Positions 1 to 11,369 of a stretch of 64,000 nucleotides of DNA are shown here, piece by piece. A program made the position numbers and the translations under genes. This DNA is from Deinococcus maricopensis DSM 21211 (lineage in GTDB: Bacteria; Deinococcota; Deinococci; Deinococcales; Deinococcaceae). Below the pieces are notes generated by a model, which had not been told where the DNA came from, ran no database searches, and saw only the letters and a list, made by a program, of their open reading frames with translations. The stretch spans positions 2,487,077 to 2,551,076 of the forward strand of contig NC_014958.1 of NCBI RefSeq assembly GCF_000186385.1. The letters are read 5' to 3'. Each line of letters begins with the position of its first letter. Within the stretch, counting starts at the first letter, position 1.

Positions 1-5
1 TGCAG

Positions 6-755
6 GTGGAACGCGGGCGCACCATCGACCCGCGCGGCGCGCTCGATACGCTGGGCATGACGCTCGGCACCACCGTCCTGAGCCGCACGTTGCTGCTCAC
101 GCTCGCGTTCGGCCTGCTCGGGTACTGCGTATGGCAGGCGCTGCGGGCGCTGTTCGACCCGGAACGCCAGGGGCACGCGCCCAAAGGCCTCATCAAACGC
201 GCCGGGTACCTCCTGAGCGCCACGGCGTACGCGAGCCTCGGGTGGGCCGCCGCGCGGCGCGCCGTGACGGGCGCGCACGCCGCGAACCCGCACGCGGAGG
301 AGGAATGGACGGCGCACCTGCTGAAACTCCCCAGCGGGCGCCTGCTCGTCGCCGTCGTCGGCTTGGTGTTCGTGATCGTCGCCGTGAACCAGCTGTACGT
401 GGCGCTGCGCGCGCTGTTCCTGAAACGCATTCGGCTTACGGACCTCGGCGAGAAACGGCGCGGGCTCCTCACCGCTGTCGGTCAGGTCGGCATCACGGCG
501 CGCGCGCTCGTGGCCGCCGTGATCGGCGCGTTCTTCCTGCAGGCCGCGTGGGACGTCGACCCAGAAGAAGCCGGCAGCATCGGCGAGGCGCTCCTCGCGT
601 ACGAAACGGCGCCGTTCGGTTCCGTGCTGATGCCGCTCGTGGCGCTCGGCATGGTCGTGTACGGGCTGTACGCCTGGGTGCAGGCCGCGTACCGCCGCAT
701 TCACATCGAGGGGTGCCTCGAACCGGACCCTGGAGAGCCCGCGCATGACGCGTAA
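6..755 (+). CDS. DUF1206-family integral membrane protein (possibly 5'-truncated by window edge)
   Basis: ORF 6..755; ~70-aa hydrophobic repeat units (R.G..ARG..Y..IG.....A..DP....G..GAL......G..L...VA.GL..YG.Y) typical of DUF1206; reading frame is open to the window edge. Confidence 0.6.
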   Translation: MERGRTIDPRGALDTLGMTLGTTVLSRTLLLTLAFGLLGYCVWQALRALFDPERQGHAPKGLIKRAGYLLSATAYASLGWAAARRAVTGAHAANPHAEEEWTAHLLKLPSGRLLVAVVGLVFVIVAVNQLYVALRALFLKRIRLTDLGEKRRGLLTAVGQVGITARALVAAVIGAFFLQAAWDVDPEEAGSIGEALLAYETAPFGSVLMPLVALGMVVYGLYAWVQAAYRRIHIEGCLEPDPGEPAHDA

Positions 756-1692
756 CGCTCGGGCCCGCGCGTGGACGTGGGCGCTGAACCTCATCGTGCT
801 CGGCAGCCTGCTGCTCGCCGCGCACCGCTATGTGAACGGCGAGGACCTCCTCGGGACGCTGCGCCGCGCGCACTTCGGCGTGCTGGCGCTCGCGGCGCTG
901 CTGGGCCTCACGTACACCTTCATCAAGGGCGTGCGCTTCGTGGGCCTCACGCGGCCTGTCGGCGCACCCCCGGGCCGCACGGTCCTGCACGCCTACATCG
1001 CCGCCGAGGCCGCCACGATCCTGCCGGGCGGCGTGGCCATGCGCGCCGCGCTGCTCGCGCAGGCGGGCCTGCCGGTCGCGCGCGGCAGCGTGCCCGTGCT
1101 GCTCGCGAGCGTGCAGGACCAGCTGGTGCTCGCCACGTGCGCGCTCCTCGGCACGCTCGCCGTGCCGAGCGCCCGCCCGGCCGTGCTGGGCGCCCTGGGC
1201 GCGTTCGCGCTGATCGGCGCGGCCCTGGCCGTGCCGGGCCTGCGCCGCGCCGCGTCCGGGGCGCTGAACGCCCTGCTCACGCGCGCCGGCGCGCCCGGCG
1301 CGTGGGCGGCGTTCACGGGCGGCGCGGCGCAGGTGCTGCGCGGGCGCACCCTGCTCATCACGACGCTCATCACGTTCGCGTCTGTGCTCGTGAAAATCAT
1401 CGCGCTCGCCGCGTGCCTCGCGGCTGTCGGCGCCAGTGCCCCCATCGTCACGCTGTGCCTCGCCACGGTCCTCCCCACCATGCTCGGGCGGCTCACGCCC
1501 ATTCCGGGCGGCGTGGGCGTCACCGAGGCGGGCATGGTCACGCTGCTCGCCGCGAGCGGCGTGCATACCGAAATGGGCCTCGCCGCCAGCCTGTTGTTCC
1601 GCGTCACCACCGTGTTCGTGCCCGTGCTGATCGGCGCGGCCGTGTACTTCCTGACCTGGCGTCCCCGCACGGACCTCCAGCAACCCACCTGA
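745..1692 (+). CDS. UPF0104 / lysyl-phosphatidylglycerol-synthase-TM-like (flippase-like) membrane protein
   Basis: 315-aa polytopic membrane ORF, start overlaps the upstream stop by 11 nt; Ala/Leu/Gly-rich helices with the family pattern resemble TIGR00374/LPG_synthase_TM. Confidence 0.5.
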   Translation: MTRNARARAWTWALNLIVLGSLLLAAHRYVNGEDLLGTLRRAHFGVLALAALLGLTYTFIKGVRFVGLTRPVGAPPGRTVLHAYIAAEAATILPGGVAMRAALLAQAGLPVARGSVPVLLASVQDQLVLATCALLGTLAVPSARPAVLGALGAFALIGAALAVPGLRRAASGALNALLTRAGAPGAWAAFTGGAAQVLRGRTLLITTLITFASVLVKIIALAACLAAVGASAPIVTLCLATVLPTMLGRLTPIPGGVGVTEAGMVTLLAASGVHTEMGLAASLLFRVTTVFVPVLIGAAVYFLTWRPRTDLQQPT

Positions 1693-1708
1693 AGAAGGGA
1701 ACCTCACC

Positions 1709-2635
1709 ATGCAAGCCACCCTGATCTACAACAAACGCGCCGGCGGCAGCGACCGCAGTGACCCTCAGGCCCTCGTGGACGCCCTGCACGCCGCCGGGTA
1801 CGTGCCCGTGTACCGCGCCACCGACCACGAACAGGCCCTGCGCGAAGCGCTCTCGGACGTGCAGGGCACCGTGTTCGTCGCGGGCGGTGACGGCACCATC
1901 CGCGCTGCCGCCGGGCACCTCATCGGGCGCGGTCTTACCCTCGGTGTCCTCCCGCTCGGCACCGCCAACAACATCGGGCGGACGCTGGGCGTGAGCGGCG
2001 AACCGCTCGACGTCATCGCCCGCTACGCCGGCGCGCAGGCCAGACCGTTCGACGTGGGCCGCGTGACCGCCCCGTGGGGTGAGGACTTCTTCCTGGAGGC
2101 GTTCGGGTGCGGCCTGTACGCCGACGTGCTCGCCGCGTACGACCCGGACGAAGGCAAAAGCCCCCTGCGGGCCGCGCAGGCCATCGTCGGCACCCTCGGC
2201 AGCTACGACCCGCCCCCCATGAAGCTGAGCATGGACGGCGTGGACTACAGCGGCGCGTACCTCCTCATCGAGGTCCTCAACACCCGCGCGACCGGCCCGC
2301 GCCTGAACCTCGCACCGGACGCCGACCCGGGAGACGGCCTGCTGAACGTCGTCCGCGTGAACCGCGAAGGCCGCGACAGCGCCGTCGCGTACTTCACGGC
2401 CCTCGCGAGCGGCGCGTTCCCGGAGCTGCCCAGCGTCGGGCACCTGCAGGCCCGCATCGTCGAATTCGAGTGGAATGGCGAGCACTTCCACGTGGACGGC
2501 GAGGTGCGCCCCGCCCCGGAAGGCCCCTACCCGCCCGACGTGCCGCCCACCACCGTCGGCACCGTCCGCGTGGAGATCATGCCCGGCGCGCTCAACGTCC
2601 TCGTGCCCAACGACCAGCGCGAGGGGCAGGCGTGA
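1709..2635 (+). CDS. diacylglycerol-kinase catalytic-domain lipid kinase (YegS/BmrU-like)
   Basis: N-terminal DAGK_cat motifs (LIYNKRAGG..., [14 protein letters not shown]); 308 aa. Confidence 0.8.
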   Translation: MQATLIYNKRAGGSDRSDPQALVDALHAAGYVPVYRATDHEQALREALSDVQGTVFVAGGDGTIRAAAGHLIGRGLTLGVLPLGTANNIGRTLGVSGEPLDVIARYAGAQARPFDVGRVTAPWGEDFFLEAFGCGLYADVLAAYDPDEGKSPLRAAQAIVGTLGSYDPPPMKLSMDGVDYSGAYLLIEVLNTRATGPRLNLAPDADPGDGLLNVVRVNREGRDSAVAYFTALASGAFPELPSVGHLQARIVEFEWNGEHFHVDGEVRPAPEGPYPPDVPPTTVGTVRVEIMPGALNVLVPNDQREGQA

Positions 2636-3381
2636 CGCCCGACCTGCAGGGCCAGCACGTCGAACGCGACGGCGTGCCCGTCATGCGCATCGACCTGCAC
2701 GTGCACACGGAGGCGTCCCACGACTGCCGCACGCCCATTCAGGCGTTCCCCGCGTGGTGCCTCGCGCACAACCTCCGCGTGCTCGCCGTCACCGATCACG
2801 ACCAGCACTGGGGCGGCGTCGCGCTGCAGCAGCACGTCCGCGATCTCGGCCTCGACGACCAGCTGTGGATCATCGCGGGCGAGGAGATCACCACGCGCGA
2901 AGGGGAGCTGATCGGCCTGTTCCTGCAGGAGCGCATCCCGCCGAACCTCACGCCGGAAGACACCGTCCGCGAAATCAAGGCGCAGGGCGGGCTGGTCATG
3001 CTGCAGCACGGTTTCGACCCGCTCAAACGCTACCGCCTGCGGCCCGAAGCGACGGCGCGCATCGCGGACGACGTGGACATCGTCGAGACGTTCAACGCGC
3101 GCCTGTCCCGCCCGCAGTACAACCGCGACGCCGCCACCTGGGCGCAGGCGCGGCACCTGCCCGAGTGCGGCGGGTCCGACGCGCACACCCTGCAGGACGT
3201 CGGCGAAGGCTGGTCGGAAGCGCCGCTGCAACCCGTCCGCACGCCCGAGGAGCTCCTCGCGGCGCTGCGGGCCGGGCAGGTGCACGGCTCGTGGACGCCG
3301 CCCGTATGGGCGTTCGTGCGCAAGCAATGGCGGAACTTGTGGAGCAGCGCGAGCGGACGAGGGCGGCAGACACCGGAGTAA
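2632..3381 (+). CDS. PHP-domain metal-dependent phosphoesterase
   Basis: GTG at 2632 overlaps the upstream TGA (GTGA); [15 protein letters not shown]... HxH PHP motif, later DHD and H residues. Confidence 0.75.
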   Translation: MTPDLQGQHVERDGVPVMRIDLHVHTEASHDCRTPIQAFPAWCLAHNLRVLAVTDHDQHWGGVALQQHVRDLGLDDQLWIIAGEEITTREGELIGLFLQERIPPNLTPEDTVREIKAQGGLVMLQHGFDPLKRYRLRPEATARIADDVDIVETFNARLSRPQYNRDAATWAQARHLPECGGSDAHTLQDVGEGWSEAPLQPVRTPEELLAALRAGQVHGSWTPPVWAFVRKQWRNLWSSASGRGRQTPE

Positions 3382-3596
3382 GCGCCTGCGGACAACACGC
3401 GCAGTGTTTTGGAGCGTCAGCGTCAACAACAGTCCGTTTCGACGCCGCCGACCGTTTTACCCGCAGGCTCCAAAGGGACTCCCGTGGACGCTCAGCGCCG
3501 GGTTCCGAGAGGGACCTTCCGGCCGTTGCGGCGGATGACCCGTTGGGACATGGCTGGAGGGGCGCTGAGCGTGTGCGGCCCCGAAGACGCAGACGC

Positions 3597-4025
3597 TCAG
3601 CTCCCAGAGGTGCCCGAGCGTGCCGTACAAGCCGTCCGGCGCGAGCGTCGACGCGCAGTCCCCGTCCGGAAGGAGGCCACGTTCCCAGGGCCCCTCGCCC
3701 CGTCTGGGGTGTACGTGGCCACCCGGTGCGGGTCGTACAGAAAGCACGCAGGCTGCCAGTCCAGCGCGTAGAGACACGTCCCGGGCGGTGTGGCTCGCCG
3801 AAGATACGCCTGCATCTTGAGGGAAAAGTCATCCCCGTCCGCGTCCGTGCTGTGCGCGGTGAGGCTGAACGTGACGGAAGGCGTGAGCTCCGCGAAGTCG
3901 GGCCACTGGGACGGCGCCCCGCTCGGGTTGAACCGGAAGCGGTCATGGACGACCGCCCACACCTCGCTGGTTTCGGCGTCCTGCAGCACCCGCCATATCA
4001 TGCCGCCGATTCTCGCGGCGCTCAT
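3597..4025 (-). CDS. hypothetical protein (weak call)
   Basis: Inner ATG of the 3597..4163 ORF; Trp/Phe/Asp-containing non-repetitive sequence ([36 protein letters not shown]...) with GC3-rich codons, in an otherwise empty 690-bp gap; C-terminal tail looks junk-like. Confidence 0.3.
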   Translation of the reverse strand: MSAARIGGMIWRVLQDAETSEVWAVVHDRFRFNPSGAPSQWPDFAELTPSVTFSLTAHSTDADGDDFSLKMQAYLRRATPPGTCLYALDWQPACFLYDPHRVATYTPDGARGPGNVASFRTGTARRRSRRTACTARSGTSGS

Positions 4026-4070
4026 GCGGGCGAGACAAGCTGCCCGCCTCGCTCCCGTAGACTTGCTGGC

Positions 4071-5525
4071 ATGAGTCAAGGTTTCATCCGCGCGGACGAC
4101 GTGCTGCAGGAGGTTCTGACCCCGGCGGCGGTGCGGCGCCTGGACATGCATTACGGCAACCACGATCTTATTCAGGGCCTGGACCTGCTGGGCCTCGCGG
4201 GGCCGTTCTACCGCGTGAGCCCGTGGGAGCTGGAAGACGAGTCGGGCGCGCGGCGCATCAACGCGTCAGGGTACGCGGCGGTGCCGTTCGGGGATATGCC
4301 GCCGGAAATCACGTCGTTCCTGCAGCAGTTCCTGGAGCGGAACCGCGCAATGGGGCTGCCGCAGCAGTCGTCGTCGCCGTGGCGGGCAGCGCTGCAGACG
4401 AACCTCGTGCGGCTGCTCGCGCGGGAGCTGCCGAGCCACCGGGATTCGCAGGTGTTCTTCTGCTCCAGCGGCACGGAGGCGATCGAGGGGGCGCTGAAGT
4501 TCGCGAAGGCGTGGCGTCCGCGCGCGAAGTACACCATCAGTTTCAGCAGCGGGTATCACGGGAAGACGTTCGGGGCGCTGAGTCTCACGCCGAACCCGGA
4601 GTACCAGGACCTGTTTCGGCCGCTCGTGCCGGGCGCGCTGACCAGCAAGTACGGCGACCTGGACGCGCTGGCCCGCCTGATCCGCAAGGTGGGCGCGCGC
4701 AATGTCGTGGCGGTCGTCGTGGAGCCCATTCAGGGCGAAGGGGGCGTGAACATCCCGCCGGCAGGGTTCCTGCGGGGTGTGGGGGAGTTGTGCCGCGAGC
4801 ACGGCATCGTGGTGATCGCCGATGAGATTCAGACGGGCCTGGGGCGCACCGGGCACTGGTTCGAGTCGGCGGCGCAGGGGCTGGACCCGGACATCATCAC
4901 GCTCGCCAAACCGCTCGGGGCGGGCCTGACGGCGGTGGGCGCGACGATCGTGCGCGCGCCGATGTTCAACAAGATGCTGGGGGGCCTGAGCAGCAAGCGG
5001 CACAGCAACACGTTCGGCGGGAACGCGCTGGCGATGGCGGTGGGGATGCGCAGCCTGGAGCTGCTGATCGAGCAGGACCTGCCGGCGCGGAGTGCGCACC
5101 TGGGCGCGGTGGGGTTGGAGCGCCTACGGGGCCTGCAGGCGAAGTACCCGGCGTTGCTGGAGGACGTGCGTGGTCAGGGGCTGCTGCTGGCGATGCAGTT
5201 CCGCCCGATGGTGGGGGTGCCGCTGCCCGGCGTGCTGCGCGAGGTGGTGTTCGAGGCGACGAGCGTCCTGGCGATGCGCGCGCTGCACGAGGCGGGCGTG
5301 ATGGCGAACCTGAGCCTGTCGAGCAAGCGGACGGTGCGGCTCACGCCGGCGCTGAACATCCCGGAGGGGCTGTTCGATGAGTTGATGGACCGCGTGGCGC
5401 GGTTCGCGATGGCGCACCCGACGTCCGGGCGGATTCTGACGAACACCCCGGCGGGGGTGACGGCGCGGCTGGCGCAGTTCGCGCTGGCGGGGTCGCGCGG
5501 AAAGAAGTTGTCACCTTCGGGGTGA
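4071..5525 (+). CDS. class-III (PLP-dependent) aminotransferase
   Basis: [10 protein letters not shown]...; motifs [44 protein letters not shown] (PLP-binding Lys) typical of AT-III (acetylornithine/GABA/ornithine aminotransferase family). Confidence 0.9.
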   Translation: MSQGFIRADDVLQEVLTPAAVRRLDMHYGNHDLIQGLDLLGLAGPFYRVSPWELEDESGARRINASGYAAVPFGDMPPEITSFLQQFLERNRAMGLPQQSSSPWRAALQTNLVRLLARELPSHRDSQVFFCSSGTEAIEGALKFAKAWRPRAKYTISFSSGYHGKTFGALSLTPNPEYQDLFRPLVPGALTSKYGDLDALARLIRKVGARNVVAVVVEPIQGEGGVNIPPAGFLRGVGELCREHGIVVIADEIQTGLGRTGHWFESAAQGLDPDIITLAKPLGAGLTAVGATIVRAPMFNKMLGGLSSKRHSNTFGGNALAMAVGMRSLELLIEQDLPARSAHLGAVGLERLRGLQAKYPALLEDVRGQGLLLAMQFRPMVGVPLPGVLREVVFEATSVLAMRALHEAGVMANLSLSSKRTVRLTPALNIPEGLFDELMDRVARFAMAHPTSGRILTNTPAGVTARLAQFALAGSRGKKLSPSG

Positions 5526-5588
5526 CGTGCGGTCGGGGCACGGAACGGCGCGGGGGGCGGTGGTAACATCGGGTGAAAAAGGAGGAGT

Positions 5589-6725
<1,137 letters not shown>

Positions 6726-6740
6726 GTCCGGGTTCCCGTG

Positions 6741-6774
6741 AGGGGAGGGCCGCCAGTCCTGGCGGCCCTCCCCT
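6741..6774. terminator. GC hairpin after gltA (bidirectional)
   Basis: AGGGGAGGGCCGCCAG-tc-CTGGCGGCCCTCCCCT. Confidence 0.6.
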
Positions 6775-6792
6775 TGCTGGTGGGGTGCCGGT

Positions 6793-7200
6793 TCAGGCGC
6801 TGAGCTGCTGAACGACGAACACGCCGTAGTGGTTCACGAAGTGGCCGTGGCACGCGCGGAACGCGCCGGCGACCTGTTGCAGGGCGTCCTGGCGGCGGGG
6901 TGGGAGGAGCACGGAGACGACGTAGCGGCCCTGGAGGAGCGCGTGGACGTACGTTTCGACGTGTTCGCGTTCGTCGGTGATGCTCTGGACGTAGCGGATG
7001 AGGCGGCGGATCAGGCCGTGGTGCTGGCCGTCGCGGTCGAGTTCGCGGGCGCCGTCCTCGCCCATGAGGACCTGGACCTGTTCGTCACCGAGGCCGAGGT
7101 CGAGGAGGTGCTGCGTGAAGTCGCGGACGTGTTCGAGGTCGTCGAAGATGCCGTATACGCTGGCGCGTGAGCGGTACGAGATGTGGGAACGGTGGGGCAT
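6793..7200 (-). CDS. hypothetical small cytoplasmic protein (possibly YflT/general-stress-17M-like)
   Basis: ATG at 7200 is preceded by GGAGG at 6-nt spacing; 135 aa; segment SVYGIFDDLEHVRDFTQHLLDLGLGDEQVQVL resembles the YflT/DUF1269 fold pattern (weak). Confidence 0.5.
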   Translation of the reverse strand: MPHRSHISYRSRASVYGIFDDLEHVRDFTQHLLDLGLGDEQVQVLMGEDGARELDRDGQHHGLIRRLIRYVQSITDEREHVETYVHALLQGRYVVSVLLPPRRQDALQQVAGAFRACHGHFVNHYGVFVVQQLSA

Positions 7201-7381
7201 GGCGAACCTCCGGGGTGCGGTGCGGGTGGGCACAGGCAGGGCGGACGAACGGACGCCAACGCGGCTGAAGGACGTTTGTCCTTAGTTGTAGGCGTCTGCG
7301 GCCCCGCGCACATCAGGGCTCCTTACAATCCGGTTACGTGAACGCCGCCCCGCGCGGGCGGGACGGCGTGGGGCGCGGCGT

Positions 7382-7863
7382 TCAGGCGCGCAGGCTTTTG
7401 TGGCCGTGCAGGGTGCGTTCGACGGTGTCGCCGATCTCCCGTTCGAACCGCTGGAGGTGCGTGGCGAGGCGCGCGATTTCCGTTTCGCTGAGGTCCGAGA
7501 GGTGCAGGACGCTGCGGCCCAGCACGGCGAAGGTCACGCGTTCCTCGTCGTCGCCGAGCGTTTCGGCAACGTCGTCCTCCTCGTCCTCGTCAGTGACGGG
7601 GTCGAGGACGAGTGAGCCGTAGTCGAGGCCCTGGTTCATGAGGTTGACGCCCATCAGCACTTCCGGCAGGGCGTCCTCGTCCACGTACAGGTCGAGGTCG
7701 AGGTGCAGGCGCACGAGAATGCCGCCCTCGTCGGCGTGCTCGGCGAACAGCGCGACGCGGGCATTGTCCGTGCGGACGAGCGCGCCGTCGCCGTCGTCGA
7801 CCGCTTCGACGTTCAGGCCGCTGCGTTTCAGGGCGTCCACGATGCGCTGGAGTTCCGTCATGC
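7382..7863 (-). CDS. YbjN-domain protein (putative sensory-transduction/chaperone-like)
   Basis: 159 aa starting MTELQRIVDALKRSGLNVEAVDDGDG...; acidic, YbjN-like pattern; the longer 7382..8443 ORF is an Arg/Pro-rich GC artefact upstream of this ATG. Confidence 0.65.
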
Positions 7864-7965
7864 CGGGAGTATAGAGCGCGCCGGGGCGCGGCGCGCTGGA
7901 CGTAAGGGGACGCGCAAGCCCCCCGGAAGCCCGCGCGCCTCGGGGTGCGCGCGGGTTTCCGGGCG

Positions 7966-8943
7966 TCAGGGGCCGTACACCCAGTGACCGCGGTCCTGCG
8001 GGCCGACCCACGTGCGGGTCAGGCGACCGTGCAGGCGCAGGTACTCGGCGTGCGCGAGCGTCTCGGCCAGGGCGAAGCGGCGACCACTCGCGTCGAGGTC
8101 GCGGGTGAACAGCACGTAGGAGAGGTCGTAGGCGTTGCGAGGCTGCGCGCGCACGGCCGCTTCGAGGGTGTCGAGGCGTTCGTGGTGGTGCGCGGTGAGC
8201 TGCCGGGCGCGCTCGGCGGCGCCCTCCATGGTGGGGCCGTAGTGGCCGACGACGGTCGTGCGCGGATCGAGGCGGGCGATGGTGTCGAGGGTACGGAGGT
8301 AGTCGCCGAGCGGGTCGGGGCGGCTGTAGCCGTACAGGCCGACGTTCGGGCTGATGCGCGGCAGGATGGCGTCGCCCGCGATCAGGGTGCTGCTGGGCGC
8401 GTGCCACAGGCCGAGGTGGCCGTCGGCGTGGCCGGGCAGCCACAGGACCGTCCAGTCGAGGCCGGCGAGGGGCAGCGTGTCACCTTCGCGCAGGGGCGTG
8501 AGGCGCGCGGCGGGGTGCACGCGGGCGCGGGAGCGGCGCGATTCCTCTTCGAGAGTGCTGAGGTCCGTGTCGGGCAGGCCGTGGTCCGTGAAGTGGCGGA
8601 GGTGGCCGGGAAGCCACTCCTGCCATTTCTCCCAGTAGCGGGCGCCGCGCGCGATGTCGGTGTCGAGCATGTGGATGGTGGCGCCGCTGCGCTCCTCGAT
8701 CAGACCGGCGAGGCCGTAGTGGTCGGGGTGGTGGTGCGTGATGATGACGCGTTCGATGTCGGTCCAGTGCAGGCCGAGGGCGGTGAGGGCGTCTTCGATG
8801 GCGGCCTGCGCCTCGGGGGTATCGAGGGCCGTGTCGATCAGGGTGACGGGGCGCGCGGTGTCGATCAGGACCGTGACGGTACGCATGGGGTACGGGATGG
8901 GGACCTGGACGGCGTGGAGCGTGCCGAGGACGTGCGTGAGCAT
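7966..8943 (-). CDS. MBL-fold metallo-hydrolase
   Basis: HHHPDHYG (HxHxDH) motif, later GHADGH and H residues; 325 aa. Confidence 0.85.
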   Translation of the reverse strand: MLTHVLGTLHAVQVPIPYPMRTVTVLIDTARPVTLIDTALDTPEAQAAIEDALTALGLHWTDIERVIITHHHPDHYGLAGLIEERSGATIHMLDTDIARGARYWEKWQEWLPGHLRHFTDHGLPDTDLSTLEEESRRSRARVHPAARLTPLREGDTLPLAGLDWTVLWLPGHADGHLGLWHAPSSTLIAGDAILPRISPNVGLYGYSRPDPLGDYLRTLDTIARLDPRTTVVGHYGPTMEGAAERARQLTAHHHERLDTLEAAVRAQPRNAYDLSYVLFTRDLDASGRRFALAETLAHAEYLRLHGRLTRTWVGPQDRGHWVYGP

Positions 8944-9087
8944 AGGTGCAGCCTACACCCGCCCCTTGGACTCGGTTCAATGACGGGCACACGGTCCGGA
9001 GCCCCCAGTGCGCGGCGCGCGGTCCATGAACTGAACTTCATGGAATTCTCCCCTGCTCAGCCTGGGCCCGCCTATTCGTCACGCAGC

Positions 9088-9131
9088 CTGACGGAACGCT
9101 GACAAACGGGTGACGCGCGCCTGACACTCGC
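9088..9131 (+). promoter_or_regulatory. Pho-box-like array: four (C/G)TGAC direct repeats at exact 11-bp spacing upstream of pstS
   Basis: CTGACGG(9088) CTGACAA(9099) GTGACGC(9110) CTGACAC(9121); pstS ATG at 9150. Confidence 0.55.
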
Positions 9132-9149
9132 GCCTCAGACTCACAGGCG

Positions 9150-10172
9150 ATGAAGAAGATCCTGACCCTGGGCGCCGCCCTTGTGATGACCGCCGCCTCC
9201 GCCGCCACCCTCACCGGCGCCGGCGCGAGCTTCCCGTACCCCCTGTACAGCAAGATGTTCGCGGAGTACAAGAAGGCCACCGGCGACGACGTCAACTACC
9301 AGTCGGTCGGCAGCGGCGCCGGCCAGAAGCAGATCCTCGAACGCACTGTGGACTTCGCCGGCAGCGACAACCCCATGAACGACGACTCCCTCAAGAGCGC
9401 CCCGGGCAAGCTGCTGCACATCCCCACCGCCATCGGCGCCGTCGTGCCCGCGTACAACGTCCCCGGCGTGGACGGCCGACTGAACTTCACCGGCAAGGTC
9501 CTCGCGGACATCTACCTCGGCAAGATCCGCCTGTGGAACGACGCGCAGATCGCCAAGATCAACCCCGGCGTCAAGCTCCCCACGCTGCCCATCACCGTGG
9601 CGCGCCGCAGTGACGGCAGCGGCACCACGTACGTGTTCGCCGACTACCTCGCGAAGGTCAGCAGCGAATGGAAGAGCAAGGTCGGCGTGGCCAACAGCCT
9701 CCAGTGGCCCGTCGGAATCGGCGGCAAGGGCAACGACGGCGTCGCCGGCATCGTGAAGAGCACCCCCGGCAGCATCGGCTACGTCGAACTGGTGTACGCC
9801 AAGCAGAACAAGCTGACGTTCGGCGCCGTCCAGAACCGCGCCGGGAAGTACATCGTCGCCGACAACGGCCCGGCCGCGCTCGCCGCGCAGGGCGTCGTGA
9901 TTCCCGCGGACACCCGCGTGAGCCTCACGAACAGCGCGAACGCCGACGCGTACCCCATCGCGAGCTTCACGTACGTGATCTTCTACCAGGACCAGAAGTA
10001 CGGCAACCGCACCGAAGCGCAGGCCAAGGAACTCCGCGACCTGCTGAGCTGGATGGTTTCGAGCGGCCAGCAGTACAACGAGCCGCTCGACTACGCCAAA
10101 CTCCCCGCGAACGTCGCGGCGAAGGCGAAGAACATCATCAAGAGCATCAACTACGGCGGCAAGAAACTCTGA
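9150..10172 (+). CDS. pstS: phosphate ABC transporter substrate-binding protein
   Basis: signal peptide [19 protein letters not shown]; PstS-family body; first gene of a pst operon. Confidence 0.95.
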   Translation: MKKILTLGAALVMTAASAATLTGAGASFPYPLYSKMFAEYKKATGDDVNYQSVGSGAGQKQILERTVDFAGSDNPMNDDSLKSAPGKLLHIPTAIGAVVPAYNVPGVDGRLNFTGKVLADIYLGKIRLWNDAQIAKINPGVKLPTLPITVARRSDGSGTTYVFADYLAKVSSEWKSKVGVANSLQWPVGIGGKGNDGVAGIVKSTPGSIGYVELVYAKQNKLTFGAVQNRAGKYIVADNGPAALAAQGVVIPADTRVSLTNSANADAYPIASFTYVIFYQDQKYGNRTEAQAKELRDLLSWMVSSGQQYNEPLDYAKLPANVAAKAKNIIKSINYGGKKL

Positions 10173-10190
10173 CGCCGATGGCGTGAACCA

Positions 10191-10222
10191 CAGGGGCGGC
10201 CCGTCAAGGCCGCCCCTGTTTC
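10191..10222 (+). terminator. stem-loop after pstS (attenuator/partial terminator)
   Basis: CAGGGGCGGCC-cgtcaa-GGCCGCCCCTG followed by TTTCC. Confidence 0.5.
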
Positions 10223-10295
10223 CGTACGGCCCCGGCCGTTTGCCAGCGCACTGTCAGGCGCGGGCGCGCACGCCCCGCGTGAAGGTCCGGGTGGG

Positions 10296-10317
10296 CTGAC
10301 GCACGCCTGACACTCGC
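10296..10317 (+). promoter_or_regulatory. second Pho-box-like pair (CTGACGC-acgc-CTGACAC) upstream of pstC
   Basis: near-identical 24-nt copy of the pstS-proximal boxes (TGACGCRCGCCTGACACTCGC). Confidence 0.45.
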
Positions 10318-10358
10318 CCGCCACCATGACGAGACGCCCGCGTGGGCGTGGAGCCATC

Positions 10359-11369
10359 ATGAGCCAACCCCCCCAGACTTTGAAACCGGCCCGGCGCGTC
10401 CCAACCCCGTCCTCCCGTGGTGACGGGGTGTTCCGTGTGATCATCCTCACACTGTCGCTGCTGATCGTCGCGGTGTTCCTCACGAGCATCTACCAGCTCG
10501 GCAAGGAAAGCCTGCCGGCCCTGCAGAAATTCGGGCTGTCATTCCTGACCACCAACGTCTGGAACCCCGTCACGAACCAGTTCGGCGCGCTGAGCATGAT
10601 CGTGGGCACGCTGCTCACCAGCTTCCTGGCCCTGATCATCGCCGTGCCGCTCGCGATTGCCAGCGCGATCTTCGTGGCGGAGTACGCGCCCCGCTGGCTC
10701 GCCAACCCGGTCGGGTACCTCGTGGAACTGCTCGCAGCGGTGCCGTCCGTGGTATACGGCCTGTGGGCGCTGTTCGCGCTCAAGCCGCTGCTAGTGCAGT
10801 TGCAGCTGTGGATCATTACGCGCAACCCGGAGTTGTACAGCCAGTGCCAGGCCGCCGCGTACGGCCAGGGGGAGGGGTCATGGCAGTGCTTCTTCATCCC
10901 GCCCGCCCCCACCGGCCTGGGCCTGGCGCTCGCGGTGCTGATCCTGTCCGTGATGATCATTCCGTTCACCGCGTCCGTCGCGCGTGACGTGATCCGCCTG
11001 GTGCCCGCCGAGCAGCGCGAAGCGATGTACGCCATGGGCGCCACCAAGTGGGAAGTCATTCGCCTGGCGATTCTGCCGTACGCCCGCGCCGGCATCATCG
11101 GCGGCGTGATCCTCGCGCTCGGCCGCGCGCTCGGCGAGACGCTCGCCGTCGCCATGGTGATCGGCAACAGCCCGGAATTCGTGAAGAGCCTGTGGGGGAA
11201 CACCGCCACCATGGCCAGCATGATCGCCAACGAGTTCGGCGACGCGCGCGAGACGCTGCACCGCTCCAGCGTCGTGGCGCTGGGCCTGGTGCTGCTGCTC
11301 GTGAGCGTGATCGTGAACTACGTGGCGCGCCTGATCATTGCGCGCCTGACGCCGAAGGGAATCCAATGA
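10359..11369 (+). CDS. pstC: phosphate ABC transporter permease PstC
   Basis: ATG at 10359 with GTGGAG 5 nt upstream (in-frame ORF from 10326); polytopic permease with an EAA-like loop. Confidence 0.9.
   Translation: MSQPPQTLKPARRVPTPSSRGDGVFRVIILTLSLLIVAVFLTSIYQLGKESLPALQKFGLSFLTTNVWNPVTNQFGALSMIVGTLLTSFLALIIAVPLAIASAIFVAEYAPRWLANPVGYLVELLAAVPSVVYGLWALFALKPLLVQLQLWIITRNPELYSQCQAAAYGQGEGSWQCFFIPPAPTGLGLALAVLILSVMIIPFTASVARDVIRLVPAEQREAMYAMGATKWEVIRLAILPYARAGIIGGVILALGRALGETLAVAMVIGNSPEFVKSLWGNTATMASMIANEFGDARETLHRSSVVALGLVLLLVSVIVNYVARLIIARLTPKGIQ

Noticed and set aside
493-1719. 408-aa minus-strand ORF and nested Arg-rich ORFs (131..748, 771..1724)
   Set aside because: Arg/Gly/Pro-dominated translations overlapping well-formed membrane-protein genes on the plus strand.
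2475-5525. 1016-aa plus-strand ORF spanning several real genes
   Set aside because: Its upstream two-thirds is Arg/Pro/Ala-rich with no domain signal and overlaps the DAGK and PHP genes. Only the last 484 aa (from ATG 4071) look like a real protein, the aminotransferase. It is a typical high-GC open-frame artefact.
7382-8443. 353-aa minus ORF as one large protein
   Set aside because: The N-terminal 190 aa are Arg/Pro-rich and overlap the MBL hydrolase gene. Only the C-terminal 159 aa from ATG 7863 form a coherent YbjN-like domain.
9088-9131. Regularly spaced CTGAC repeats as a possible CRISPR or minisatellite
   Set aside because: Only four 7-bp units at 11-bp spacing, directly upstream of pstS; the geometry fits a Pho box, not a CRISPR repeat-spacer array. 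No cas genes are present.
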